NCBI GenBank assembly: GCA_964016885.1 | Contig: OZ024740.1 | Coordinates: 442,184,001 to 442,248,000, forward strand | DNA length: 64,000 nt | Direction of reading: 5' to 3' | Source: Eledone cirrhosa | Lineage: Eukaryota | Shown here: in pieces, positions 45,114 through 59,550 of the stretch | How the letters are laid out: each line of letters begins with the position of its first letter | Numbering within the stretch: position 1 is the stretch's first letter | The notes under the pieces: generated by a model | What the model was told of the DNA's origin: nothing | The model's input: only the letters and a program-made list of their open reading frames with translations | Database searches by the model: none | Program-made: the position numbers and the translations under genes

Positions 45114-47872
45114 GTATTGAAGTTTCCGTTGAAAACGGAAAAAGTCATAGGAGTGAAGAGTGCTCTATATAAGTACCAGAGCAAAATTTAATGTATAAAA
45201 AACAACAATACAATATAATTACCTCATTACCAGAGGTTTCTCGAATAAGGCGAATACGAAAGAAACGTCTTCATTCTTTCGTCGGACGAGGCAATATAAA
45301 ACAGCTAAATATTTGGAAATCTCCTCAAGAAATGCAAGAAAAATTATGTAAATATAGGTGAAGGTAATACAATAGACATATAAAATATATAAAAAATTTT
45401 TTTAAGAAATATAGTTAGGTGTGTGTATATGTATGTATATACACTCACAGATGTATATATGTATGTATGTACAAATGTGTGTGTATAGTGAAAATGTATG
45501 CATAAATATATATATGAGGGTAATTATATCTGTGTTTATGTAACTATAGACACAGACATGAATGTCCGTTTGACAGGTATACAGAAAAACAAGGTATTAG
45601 ATACATTATAAGAATATGAAGGCACGCCTATAAACACACACACGCGCGTACACTTATATGCGGAAGAAAACGAGGTAAGGGAGTGTAATAGTAAAAAGAA
45701 AGTGTCATTCTCGATATATTTATAAAAATGGAACAATAATTTAGAAAGAAAAAAAAATTGCGAAGTAAAGAAAACAAACAAGGTACACGCGTACATACAC
45801 ACATATATCTATAAGAAACGTATATCTATAAAAAATATATATATATATACACGCAAAACGTGCAGACAAAAGTGTATGCAAGTATACATACACACACAGG
45901 ATGCACACATATACATACATACACCTCGCCCCATGTATATCTAATCACGCGTACGTACGCGACTGTATACTCACACACACATACACACACATAAATATAT
46001 ACATACATATATACATACGCACACTTACACATCCATACATTCAGTACGTACACACACACATACACACACACATACATACACTCACGCACGTTGACCCGCT
46101 TACATACGCACACATAAAAATAAGAATGTAAAAAAAATAGATGTAAAAACACAGATATAAAAACACACACACATACACATATATATACACACGCACGCGC
46201 GCGCACATACGGAGGCGTTCGTGTACATATACAGAAAGTATACACACATAAAGACGCTCAGACACATAGATACAGGGTGTAAAAACGGCCTTGTGAATAA
46301 GTCAGTACAAATATTAAAAAATGGCTGCGAAATAACAGAAATATCTGGCGTGGAAAACGCAATTGACTTGTATAATCAGGTAGTGAAGAAAATAGGGAAA
46401 TAAAAAGTGGAAAGTGAAGATATTAGGTAAGTGAATCGAATAAAGGGGTGTGGTGGTTGTGGTGGATGTGAAGTAAAAATAAAAATAAAAATAAAAATAA
46501 AAATAAAAATAAAAATAAAAATAAAGATGAAATTAATAATAAGGTTAAAAATGAAAGTAAATCAGAAAAGGTAGTCTTAAAGAGAATAATAAGAGCTTAT
46601 GGAGGATAAGTATCTGAAATTGTGTTAAGTTTATATGAGCTGGAAAGCAGGTGTGATTCCATGTGTGGGCAACTGGTGAAAATGTCTGCCTTTGTGTTTA
46701 GGCAGGTCTTTGGTGATTTAAGGTTTTGCAAAATCCAATATTTTTCATTTATACAGAGCGTGAATTTTCTTGTTCCTCTTGCATATTCTTTAGATTGGTT
46801 CAAAATTGACCAATCCAATTTATATTGGATACCTTGGTCTTTCAAATCCCAAATTCTGCTAGCTAGAGCTGTTGTAAATCTTTTTTCTGGATGTCGAAAG
46901 GATGCGACATGTGAGTAATAACGCGTTTCGAATTTGTCTTGCGTCATACCCACATATCGTTCACTGGTGGCTGGTTGGTTGTTGCTGATGGCTGTCAATT
47001 TAGCCGCATATACAATGGCTTTGGTGTTGCATTTACCTTGTAATGGGCATTCACTTTTGATTCTACAGGAGCAATTTTCATGTTCACTAGGTGATTTTTT
47101 GTTGATGATATAGGATTTAATAGGGGGAGCGCATGAGTAGCTAATTTTGACACAGTTTCTATTAAAGATCTTATAGTATCTATGTGTTCTAGGGAAATGT
47201 TTATCTAAGAGCTCTAGGAATTTTTTGCCTACATTAGTTTTAACTGCTAGAGAGTAGGGGGTGTAAACCAGATTATTTTTCTTTTCCTGTTTTTTTTTGT
47301 TTAATAGAGTTAGTATAGTTGGGTATGTATTTAATCGTTTCGCTAAAACCGCTATTTTGGAGGGCTTTATTATAGTAGGGGATGCCTTATTGAAAATAGC
47401 TTCTGAGGAAGAGAGGGTGGAGATCCTACGGCTAATATTAGGGATAAGGTTTTTAAAAACTATAGGAGGATGGCAAGAGCCTTTATTTATATATTTTAAG
47501 TTTTCATTAGGTTTATGGTATGGTTTATAAGAAGCAGTCGGCAAGTCTAGGTTTATATCTAGGAAATTTACATTGGAAATGTTAGTGTCAATAGTAATTT
47601 TAAGATTAAAACTAGCAAAGGTTTTTATTAAGTCTTTCCTTAATCTATCTAAGTTATGGCCTATGATGGTATCGGAAAGTATTAGACCATCGTCGCGATA
47701 AAGCCCAAAAATATGGTTAGGGAATTTTTCTTTAAGTGTTTGTAGGAGGAATAGGCCGACTAAATCACAAACATCAGCACTATCATAAGAGCCCATTGAG
47801 ACATCGAGTGGGCTCTCTGGGTTAGATATTTTTACCCAAGTGTCATTATCTGTAAAGAGTAGAGTGTATGTA
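45114..47872 (-). mobile_element. Naiad-type PLE, 5'-truncated, with ~1.5-kb 3' UTR containing (AAAAAT)n and CA/TG-rich tracts
   Basis: RT plus GIY-YIG ORF on the minus strand, bounded by (TA)n at both ends. The 3' extent is inferred from the TA boundary. Confidence 0.85.
46597..47871 (-). pseudogene. PLE reverse transcriptase (C-terminal half) and GIY-YIG endonuclease
   Basis: [87 protein letters not shown]. Compensating small indels at ~47260-47380. Confidence 0.92.
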
Positions 47873-50228
<2,356 letters not shown>

Positions 50229-50253
50229 TTATATATATATATATATATTTATA

Positions 50254-50334
<81 letters not shown>

Positions 50335-50335
50335 G

Positions 50336-50820
50336 AAGATTTTTGCAGAGCTGACGTGCTTCCCTTGTTCTTTTTCATTGCTGTAGTGGAGTCTGTGCTG
50401 CTGTATGGGTCTGAGACTTGGACACTGACCAAGAGACTCACTCAGATGGTGGATGGGTGCTACACGAGAATGCTGAGGATGGCTCTGAACATTAATCAGT
50501 ATACACTGAGGATGAAAAACTCAGAGCTGTATGGGAGCATCCCAAAAGTCAGCTCAAAAGTGACACAGAGGAGACTGAGGTTAGCTGGACATGCTCACCG
50601 ACATCCAGAGTTGACATTGCACTCAGTGCTCCTTTGGGAGCCCCTACATGGACACACTAGAAGAGGAAGACCAAGGTTAACATATGTTGATGCCCTAAGG
50701 ACAGACACTGGTCTGTTGGAGATGCAGGATATGGCAGCGATAATGAGGGACAGAGACCGCTGGAGAGAACTCGTCCATGGATCTCGGGAATTTTACCCGC
50801 CTTAGATAGATTAGATAGAT
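50336..50820 (+). mobile_element. RTE-clade LINE 3' fragment
   Basis: VESVLLYGSETWTLT, RRLRLAGH, RRGRPRLTY and RDRWR motifs. Stop at 50805, followed by a TAGA/TAGAT-type tail. Confidence 0.88.
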
Positions 50821-50843
50821 ATATAATATGTATATATATGTAT

Positions 50844-50889
<46 letters not shown>

Positions 50890-50936
50890 GTATATATATA
50901 TATATATGATATGTATATATATATATATATACATAT

Positions 50937-50970
<34 letters not shown>

Positions 50971-50999
50971 ATATGTATATATATATATATATATATATA

Positions 51000-51053
<54 letters not shown>

Positions 51054-51144
51054 ATATGTATATATATATATATATATATATAATATGTATATATATATAT
51101 ATTATATATTATATATTATATATATATATTATATATATATTATA

Positions 51145-53370
51145 TTTAAAGATATTTTAGTCAACGCCTACGACAGTAAAGAAGAACAGATACAGACATT
51201 TAATGTAGAAGAGAACTGGGAGTTCCTAAAAAATAATTTACTAGAGGCGACGGACGAGGTCTGTGGTTGGAGTAAGACCTCAAGCAGGAGGAGAGTGACT
51301 TGGTGGTGGAACAATAAGGTAGATGAAGCAGTCAAGGCCAAGAGACAGGCGTGGAAAGAATGGAAGAACGGGGGGAGCAGGGTAAATTACATAGAGACCA
51401 AGAGGGAAGCTAGGCGACAAGTATACTTAGCTAGAAGGGAAGCAGAGGATAGAAAATTCAAGCATGTTTTACAACGTGAGGACCAGAAACAGGAGGTATT
51501 CAAGATTGCGAGGCAGTGTGTCAGAGATAGTTGTGATGTCATTGGAGAGAAGTGTATCCGGAATGATAAAGGTGAGCTTGCCCTCACAAGTGCTGAGAAG
51601 AAAGATGCATGGAAGAGTCATTATGATAGATTACTAAATGAGGAGAATGCATGGGAAGAAGAGACCCTACCCCAAGTAGACCCTATAGAGGGACCAGCAG
51701 TACAAGTCAGCGGCAGCGTAGTAAGTAAAGCAATCAGAGATATGAAGATGGGGAAGGCAACCGGTCCATCGGGTATAGCTGCCGAGATGCTGAAGGCATC
51801 TGGGTCTGTAGGTCACACTATAACCACACGTATCGTTAACCAGGTAATACTAGAAGGGGCCATACCAAAAGATTGGTGCAGTAGCATCATTGTCAACTGC
51901 TACAAAGGCAAAGGCGACGTACTAGATAGAGGAAACTATAGAGGTATAAAGTTGATGGACCAGGTCATGAAAGTAACAGAAAGAGTTATAGCACAGCTGA
52001 TTAGGGACCGGGTGAATATAGACGAGATGCAATTTGGGTTTGTACCAGGAAGAGGCACCACTGATGCCCTCTTCCTTGTGAGGCAATTACAGGAAAAGTA
52101 CCTAGCTAAAAGTAAGCCACTCTACTTGGCATTTGTCGACCTTGAGAAAGCCTTTGACAGAGTTCCACGTGCTGTAATCTGGCGGGCTCTTAGAAAACTA
52201 GGAGTAGATGAATGGCTTGTGAATGCGGTACAAGCCATGTATAGGGGAGCAGTCAGCAAAGTTAGGATTAGCAATGAGTATAGCGAGGAATTTAGCGTAC
52301 AGGTTGGGGTCCACCAGGGCTCTGTTCTTAGCCCTCTCCTGTTCATCATAGTCCTGCAGGCAATAACGGAGGAATTTAAGACCGGATGCCCATGGGAACT
52401 CCTGTATGCTGATGACCTCGCACTCATAGCTGAATCTATGAGAGAACTAGAGAATAAATTCCAAACCTGGAAGCAGGGACTAGAGAGAAAGGGTCTCAAA
52501 GTCAACATGACAAAGACTAAGGTCCTTGTAAGTAGACGAGAAAACAGAACCCAGATCCCCTCAGGGAAATGGCCTTGCTCAGTATGTAGGAAAGGTGTAG
52601 GTAGGAAATCCATTCTCTGCCCCAAATGCAAACAATGGGTACACAAGAGATGTAGCGGGATCTCAGGAAGCTTAATTAAGAATGTAGGATTCACATGCAG
52701 CAGCTGTGCTGAAACAGCAAGCAGCAAACAGCCACAGGAAACAAGTACCACCAATCTCTGGGAGGGCCCTGTAGAAACAGTAGACAGCTTCTGCTACCTA
52801 GGTGACCGAATTAGCAACGGAGGTGGGTGTTCAGAAAGTACAATAACTAGGGTAAGAACGGGATGGAAGAAGTTTAGGGAACTACTACCACTGCTAGCTG
52901 CAAAAGGCTTCTCCCTCAGAATGAAAGGCAGACTGTATGATGCGTGTATCCGAACAGCGATGTTGCATGGTAGTGAGACCTGGGCGCTGAAGGTGGAAGA
53001 CTTGCGTAGATTAGAGAGAAACGAAGCCTGCATGCTCCGATGGATGTGTAACAGTAATATACGTGAACGACAAAGCATAAATGAATTGAGAGAGAGACTG
53101 AGCATAAGAGGAATCAAATGCTGTGTGCAGGATAGGCGGTTGCGCTGGTATGGACATGTGATGCGTATGAAGGATGACAGCTGCATAAAAAGGTGCAGAG
53201 CACTAGAAGTTGATGGAAACCGCGGAGTGGGGAGACCCAAGATGACCTGGGATGAGGTGATAAAAGCCGACCTTACCCAATTACACCTCTCAAAGACAAT
53301 GACACACGATCGTGACTTCTGGCGTCACGCAGTAATACAGAGTACCCGACCTCCCATGGGTACATGCTGA
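51145..53370 (+). CDS. RTE reverse transcriptase with embedded PHD-like C4HC3 finger (partial)
   Basis: KATGPSG, NYRGIKL, QFGF, FVDLEKAFD, GVHQGSVLSPLLF, YADD (52405-52416), FCYLG, HGSETW, RLRWYGH. The N-terminal YI stretch in the track is microsatellite. Confidence 0.93.
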   Translation, partial: FKDILVNAYDSKEEQIQTFNVEENWEFLKNNLLEATDEVCGWSKTSSRRRVTWWWNNKVDEAVKAKRQAWKEWKNGGSRVNYIETKREARRQVYLARREAEDRKFKHVLQREDQKQEVFKIARQCVRDSCDVIGEKCIRNDKGELALTSAEKKDAWKSHYDRLLNEENAWEEETLPQVDPIEGPAVQVSGSVVSKAIRDMKMGKATGPSGIAAEMLKASGSVGHTITTRIVNQVILEGAIPKDWCSSIIVNCYKGKGDVLDRGNYRGIKLMDQVMKVTERVIAQLIRDRVNIDEMQFGFVPGRGTTDALFLVRQLQEKYLAKSKPLYLAFVDLEKAFDRVPRAVIWRALRKLGVDEWLVNAVQAMYRGAVSKVRISNEYSEEFSVQVGVHQGSVLSPLLFIIVLQAITEEFKTGCPWELLYADDLALIAESMRELENKFQTWKQGLERKGLKVNMTKTKVLVSRRENRTQIPSGKWPCSVCRKGVGRKSILCPKCKQWVHKRCSGISGSLIKNVGFTCSSCAETASSKQPQETSTTNLWEGPVETVDSFCYLGDRISNGGGCSESTITRVRTGWKKFRELLPLLAAKGFSLRMKGRLYDACIRTAMLHGSETWALKVEDLRRLERNEACMLRWMCNSNIRERQSINELRERLSIRGIKCCVQDRRLRWYGHVMRMKDDSCIKRCRALEVDGNRGVGRPKMTWDEVIKADLTQLHLSKTMTHDRDFWRHAVIQSTRPPMGTC

Positions 53371-53682
53371 AGCATATAAACAATATGCCCCCACACCCCC
53401 CACCGCAAGGTGGTCGTGGAGGTGCCACGGCAAAAAAAGCACCCAGCCCACAATGTAAAGTGGACGTGTAGGCGCCACGAAAAAGCACCCAGCACTCACT
53501 GTAAATGAGGTTGGTGTTAGGAAGGGCATCCAGCTGTAGAAATCAAGCCAGATCAGTTTCTGTATGAGCAAGGCATGGTCAGCCGACCAGACACTGCACA
53601 CAACAGGACAACCCGTCTAACCCATGCTAGCGTAGAAGAACGGACGTAAAACGGTGATGATGATGATGATGATGATGATGAT
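51145..53682 (+). mobile_element. RTE-clade LINE, 5'-truncated (no APE domain), with (GAT)9 tail
   Basis: Uninterrupted RT ORF, ~285-nt 3' UTR, tail at 53656-53682, TA on both sides. Confidence 0.95.
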
Positions 53683-53716
53683 ATATATAATATGTATATA
53701 TATATATATCATATGT

Positions 53717-53759
<43 letters not shown>

Positions 53760-54020
53760 TGTATATATATATATAATATGTGTATATATATATATATATA
53801 TAATATGTATATATATATATATATGTATATATAATATGTATATATATATATATGTATATATATATATAATGTGTATATATATATATATATATATAATATG
53901 TATATATATATATAATATGTATATATAATATGTATATATATATATATATATAATATGTATATATATATATATATATAATATGTATATATATATATATAAT
54001 ATGTATATATATATAATATG

Positions 54021-54052
<32 letters not shown>

Positions 54053-54265
54053 ATATGTATATATATATAATATGTATATATATATAATATGTATATATAT
54101 ATATATGTATATAATATGTATATATATATATATATATAATATGTATATATATATATATATATAATATGTATATATATATATATATAATATGTATATATAT
54201 ATATATATACATATAATATCTATATATATATATATATATATACTATCTATCTATATATATATATT

Positions 54266-54358
<93 letters not shown>

Positions 54359-54375
54359 GTATATATATATATATA
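53683..54375. repeat. (TA)n-AATATG tract
   Basis: AATATG recurs roughly every 15-30 nt. Confidence 0.97.
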
Positions 54376-54693
54376 TATAAAGAAAAAGAGTTGAAATCGA
54401 AAATGCAACTAGTGTCTTATTTTTTTTTAAAATATATATATTTATTTGGTTCCTTTACCGGTTTCGCAGTTCTTCTGCTTTTCAAAAGGTGAGTTGAGAT
54501 GGAGGGTCTGTGGTTTTTCTCACATCTGCTTGGTCTCTGAATGTTACTTGTTTTATATGGAAAAAGTGGCTCGAAATGCCAGGTTTTTCGAGAAGTAATT
54601 TGATTGGTTTGTCAATAATTATAATAAATTTCGCGCCAATTCGCGTTACAATAGTTCTTCAAATAAGGGGGGGGGGGGTTGTCACAGGTTGTT
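54376..54693 (-). repeat. Inverted pLTR copy
   Basis: Reverse complement of ~58608-58924 with scattered mismatches. Lacks the last ~60 nt of the direct copy. Confidence 0.95.
54452..54489 (-). ncRNA. Hammerhead ribozyme (U3-A8 core variant) in the inverted pLTR
   Basis: Exact reverse complement of 58812-58849. Confidence 0.8.
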
Positions 54694-55103
54694 AACCCAT
54701 TTTTAAAACAAACTAAAACTCACACACCACATGCCCAACAAATAACAAAAAAAGTAACAAAACGTCCAACATACCCCCAGCAAAACTATAACGATAATCC
54801 CAGAAACCATATTCAAAACTATAACCCTACTAACAAAAACCAAAGATCCCCGAACACAAGGCAGGACCTGATCCGCAGATCACAACCCACATAAAACCTA
54901 TTCCAAAACCGTAGACCCCTGCCCACACAGAGCCTCTTCCAAAACCATAGATCCCAACCCACACAAAGGAACCAAATCTACAACCCGGACTATCAACAAA
55001 CCGAACCTCAATACGTCCGAAACTTCTATACAAGACCACACAACAACAGGGGAAATACCATTAGATATAATAATACCAATGAAAAAACATTCCCGAAAAA
55101 TCA

Positions 55104-55144
55104 TTTTTTAGACCAAGGCTACAGGACTCACGAGACCCGGTGGC
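55104..55144 (+). promoter_or_regulatory. Putative -1 frameshift signal, copy B
   Basis: TTTTTTA at 55104-55110 in the same phase as copy A. Hairpin GCTAC-A-GG-A-CT-CACG-AG-A-CC-CG-GTGGC. Confidence 0.75.
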
Positions 55145-57412
55145 ACAAACCGATTTTGAAAAACCGAAAATAATTTACATTTCAAATACAAACCTCTCAG
55201 CCCAACAAGTAAAAATTCTCTCCAAAGGTCTGAAATTCACACCAACACCACAACACCCTAACCCCAACGAGATAAATGACGATATCTCACACTTCTGTAG
55301 AAAATTACGTCTCACAGAGGAATTCTTTGACAAGGAGAATAACGACGAATCAATTGTACGGAATAAAAGCAGCTACAACCCAATAAAAGGTAGAAACAGA
55401 GTTCTGGACAAATTTTGTGACCACATAGCTACCTTCCCATACCATGAACTACCGCAACCTAAACCCAAACCCAACACGAGTCGAAGGGAATGGGAGATTA
55501 TCCATGAACTAAAAAACAATACGGACATTATAATTAAGGAAGCGGGCAAGGGAAGTACTGTTGTCATTATGGAGGCTGAAAAATATAAAAATTCTATGTT
55601 CTCTCTCTTACAAAATACTAATTACTATGAAAGAGTAAAAAACTACTAGCAATCAAAAATAATGACCAAATTAAACACACTGATTTATCGATACCAGGAA
55701 GACCTAACTAAAAAGGAACGCGATTATTTAACAAATTTTGAATACAAAACCAGCAACCTTTACGGACTTCCGAAGATCCACAAGTGTAAAATAATCAACG
55801 ATGCCTGTAAACAATCCACCTCAGCCTGCGTGAACACACAATACCCCACAGACCTTAAATTAAGACCAATTGTAGCGGGCCCACAATGTGAAGCACACAG
55901 ATTGAGCAACTTTATAGACATACTACTGAAACCAATACTGAAACACATACCAAGCCTTGTAAGAGACGATCTGGACCTCTTAAACCACCTCCCCAAACAT
56001 GTCAACAACGACACTATTATTGTGTCTTTCGATGTAGTGAATCTCTACACAACGATCCCACACCAATACGGACTAGAAGCAATAGGATTCTGGCTAGAGA
56101 AATATCCCAATGTGATACCTGACAGAATAGAAAAAAGCTTCATCACCGAGGGATTAAAATTCATCCTACAGAAGAACTTTTCTGATTTCGATGGCAATAC
56201 TTACAAGCAAATATGGGGGACTGCGATGGGTACAAAAGCCGCTCCAACTTATGCCAACTTAGTCATGGCATACTTAGAAGTCCAGATATATGAACAGTCC
56301 AAATCAAAATACGGATTGAACTTCCACAAATATTTATCAGAGAATTGGAAACGCTACTTGGATGATTGCCTCATTATTTGGTCCCACACACTCGACCAAC
56401 TGAAGGATTTCAAAAACTTAATAAACGGCATCAATAACCACATCCAATTCACAATGGAATACAGCCAAGATCAACTCCCATTTCTGGACATCTTAATCTT
56501 AAAAAAAGACACAAATATAGAAACTGACATACACTACAAACCAACAGATTCCAAACAATATCTGCTATTCACCTCCAACCATCCAAAGCACACGAAGACG
56601 AATATTCCTTTTAACCTAGCAAGAAGAATTTGCACAATTGTCTCCAATTATGAAACGCGAAATAAAAGACTTCAAGAATTAAAGGAAATTCTACTCGAGA
56701 GAGAGAGTACCCACTATTACTAATAAATAATGGAATAGAAAGGGCTAAAGCAATAGGCATTGATGAATTACGGAAACAGAAACAAATTCAAGGTACGTCC
56801 AATATTCTATCATATATCTCAACACACAACCCAAGAAATGCGGAAGCTTACAACACTATTCACAATAACATCCCACTACTAAAACAAAACCCAAGAATGA
56901 AAAAAGCCCTTGAAACACACAAAATAATCAAAAGCAAAAGACAACCAAAATCACTGAAAACATTACTCACCAATGCCAAATTACCTACCACAAACCCACA
57001 ACCAAGTATCAAAAAATGTGGTCGCTCTAATTGTGGAACCTGCACTCACCTCATTGAAGGCAACACGTATACATTTAAATCAGGACAAAATTTTACTGTA
57101 AAAAATCACTTCACTTGCTCATCAAAAAATCTAATTTATGCCATTAAATGTAAAGGATGCAATGAAGATTATATAGGACAAACTAAACTCACACTCAGAA
57201 ACAGAATGACAGTTCATCGCCAACAATTACCAGATCCAACCACGAGGCAGATACCACTAAGTGCACATTTAGACATTTGCGCAAGTAATAAGACACCCAA
57301 ATTCCAAGTCTTCCCATTTTACCTTTGCGCTAACAATACAACAGAACAAATGCGAATAAATAAGGAAAATATGTTTATTCAAAAATATAGACCAACATTA
57401 AATAAGGTTTAA
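55104..57412 (+). pseudogene. Neptune RT, Cys-rich linker and GIY-YIG endonuclease
   Basis: LSKGLKFTP, IKEAGKG (DKG motif altered), YGLPKIHK, LRPIVAG, SFDVVNLYT, GTAMGT, RYLDD (YLDD 56355-56366), LPFLD, CGRSNCGTC, LIY..CKGC..YIGQT. Stop at 55647-55649; frameshift in a GA run near 56700. Confidence 0.93.
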
Positions 57413-57890
57413 TATACATTATGTCAACACCATAATATGACATACACACACACACATAACACCTTCTACTTTAGAAAATAAAAACCCGAACTAAATAAAC
57501 CTTAACATACGTTTGCACTGACAATACAACAGCAAACACGAATAAGTAAGGAAAATATGTTCATTCAAAAATATTCCTACTAAAGGAATCACTTTCCTAC
57601 ACACACACATACACACACACACAATATATATATATATATATATTCTCTTCATCTTAACATGCTAACCATACTCCCACACACATAACACCCATACACACAC
57701 ATAACAACCTCCACACCCACAAATCCCTCCCCATTTTTACTAATAGAACCACTTTCCTACACACATATATATACACACACACAAAATATATATTCTCTCC
57801 ATCTTAACATACTCGCACACACACACATAACACCCATATACACACACACACAACTCCCTCCCCCATTTCTACTAATAGAATCATCTTCCA

Positions 57891-57936
<46 letters not shown>

Positions 57937-57940
57937 ATAC

Positions 57941-58237
57941 ACACACACAAGCACACAAATAAACATACATATCTTCACTTCAATAGAAAATCTGAACTCT
58001 GACACCCCAGCGAACTAACCATATTCACTGAACCAGAACAATCCCTTTTCTCTTGACCACTATCTTTCCATTGTCATAACATTCGCTATAAAGACGACAG
58101 AATAGTTTTCCAAATAAGGGCGCAAAAATGTAATGAAAACTTGTTCACGTGACAGCCAAATTTCATTTATAACCAATCAAATCACGTTTATTAAAAAAAA
58201 GCCTTCGTGAGCCACCTTTTTTTAAAGTAAAGAAATT

Positions 58238-58300
<63 letters not shown>

Positions 58301-58595
58301 GCACACAAATAAACACACATATCTTTACTTTCTTTATTCAATAGAAAATCTGAATTCTGACACCCCAGCGAACTAACCATATTCACTGAACCAGAACAAT
58401 TCTCCCATCCCTTTCTCTTGACCATTATCTTTTTATCAAAAAATTCTCTAAAAAGGCTAGAGAATGGATTTCCAAATAAGAGCACAAAAACTTAATGAAA
58501 ATTTGTTCACGTGACAGCCATAATTTCATTTATAACCAACCCCCAAAAAGCCTTCGTGAGCCTCCTTTTTTCAAGTAAAATGAAATTCAAACACT
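57941..58595 (+). repeat. Two ~350-bp diverged tandem units in the Neptune 3' UTR, separated by (CA)n
   Basis: CAATAGAAAATCTGAA.TCTGACACCCCAGCGAACTAACCATATTCACTGAACCAGAACAAT at ~57980 and ~58340. GTTCACGTGACAGCC and GCCTTCGTGAGCC also occur twice. Confidence 0.9.
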
Positions 58596-58811
58596 CATAT
58601 ATGAAAAAACAACCTGTGACAACCCGCCCCCCTCTTATTTGAAGAACTATTGTAACGCGAACTGGCGCGAAATTTATTATAATTATTGACAAACCAATCA
58701 AATTACTTCTCGAAAAACCTTGTATTTCGAGCCACTTTTTCCATATAAAACAAGTAACATTCAAAGACCAACCAGATGTGAGAAAAACCACAGACCCTCC
58801 ATCTCAACTCA

Positions 58812-58849
58812 CCTTTTGAAAAGCAGAAGAACTGCGAAACCGGTAAAGG
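58812..58849 (+). ncRNA. Minimal type I hammerhead ribozyme, U3-A8 core variant
   Basis: CCTT-TTGAAAA-GCAG-AAGAA-CTGC-GAAA-CCGG-TA-AAGG. Palindromic stem III; AATAAA just downstream. Predicted cut between 58845 and 58846. Confidence 0.8.
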
Positions 58850-59003
58850 AACCAAATAAATATATATATTTAAAAAAAAATAAGACTCTAGTTGCATTTT
58901 CGATTTCATCTCTTTTTCTTTATACTCTCACTCGTGTAGGACACCTCGGTTATTTCTCATTTTGTAAAAAAAACCTCACTTTCTTATATATATATATATA
59001 TAA

Positions 59004-59043
<40 letters not shown>

Positions 59044-59359
59044 ATATGTATATATATATATATATATATAAAATGAAGGAAGTGAGGTAAGGAACCAGGT
59101 GGACCATAATGCACCAGAGTACTTTGGGTAGTAGAGTGGGTAATAGGAAAACGTTCAGGACCCCGACGGCTATATCTGGACACACACATATATATATATG
59201 GGGTAACAAGTTATCGTTATAGGTAATCCAGTTAGAGGTTGTGAGTACTCTGCCTCGTGTATAGTTTTAACGTACGGCTTTGTTTGACTCAACAAGATGT
59301 TTCCATAGTTAGGCAGCGAGTTCGTGGTAATTCCTATGTCGGTTATACTTGGAGTAATA

Positions 59360-59550
59360 ATAGTGAAAGAATAAAGAGTAACATGGTTTTCTGATGAGTT
59401 GGTCAGAGGTAAATAATGTAATGGAGATCGAGTTACGCAACTTCGATCGATTAGCGACCTCTAGACTCACCTGATCAATGAAACAATTGTCAATACCTGA
59501 AATAAAGCCCCTTATTGTACAGCCAACCATGTTACTCTTCATTCTTTCAC

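Larger units (their letters stand above)
54376..58984 (+). mobile_element. Neptune-type PLE, copy B: inverted pLTR, 3' part of ORF1, RT-GIY-YIG, repetitive 3' UTR and pLTR
   Basis: RT and endonuclease motifs, an inverted terminal duplication, an HHR in the pLTR and TA flanks. Confidence 0.95.

Noticed and set aside
45225-45278. SECIS element on the minus strand (ATGAA-stem), since some Naiads encode selenoproteins
   Set aside because: The 3' side reads TGGT rather than NGAN, the loop lacks AA, and the retained ORF has no in-frame TGA at Cys positions.
52122-53240. Antisense ORFs of 210 and 148 aa
   Set aside because: Shadow frames of the RTE coding strand.
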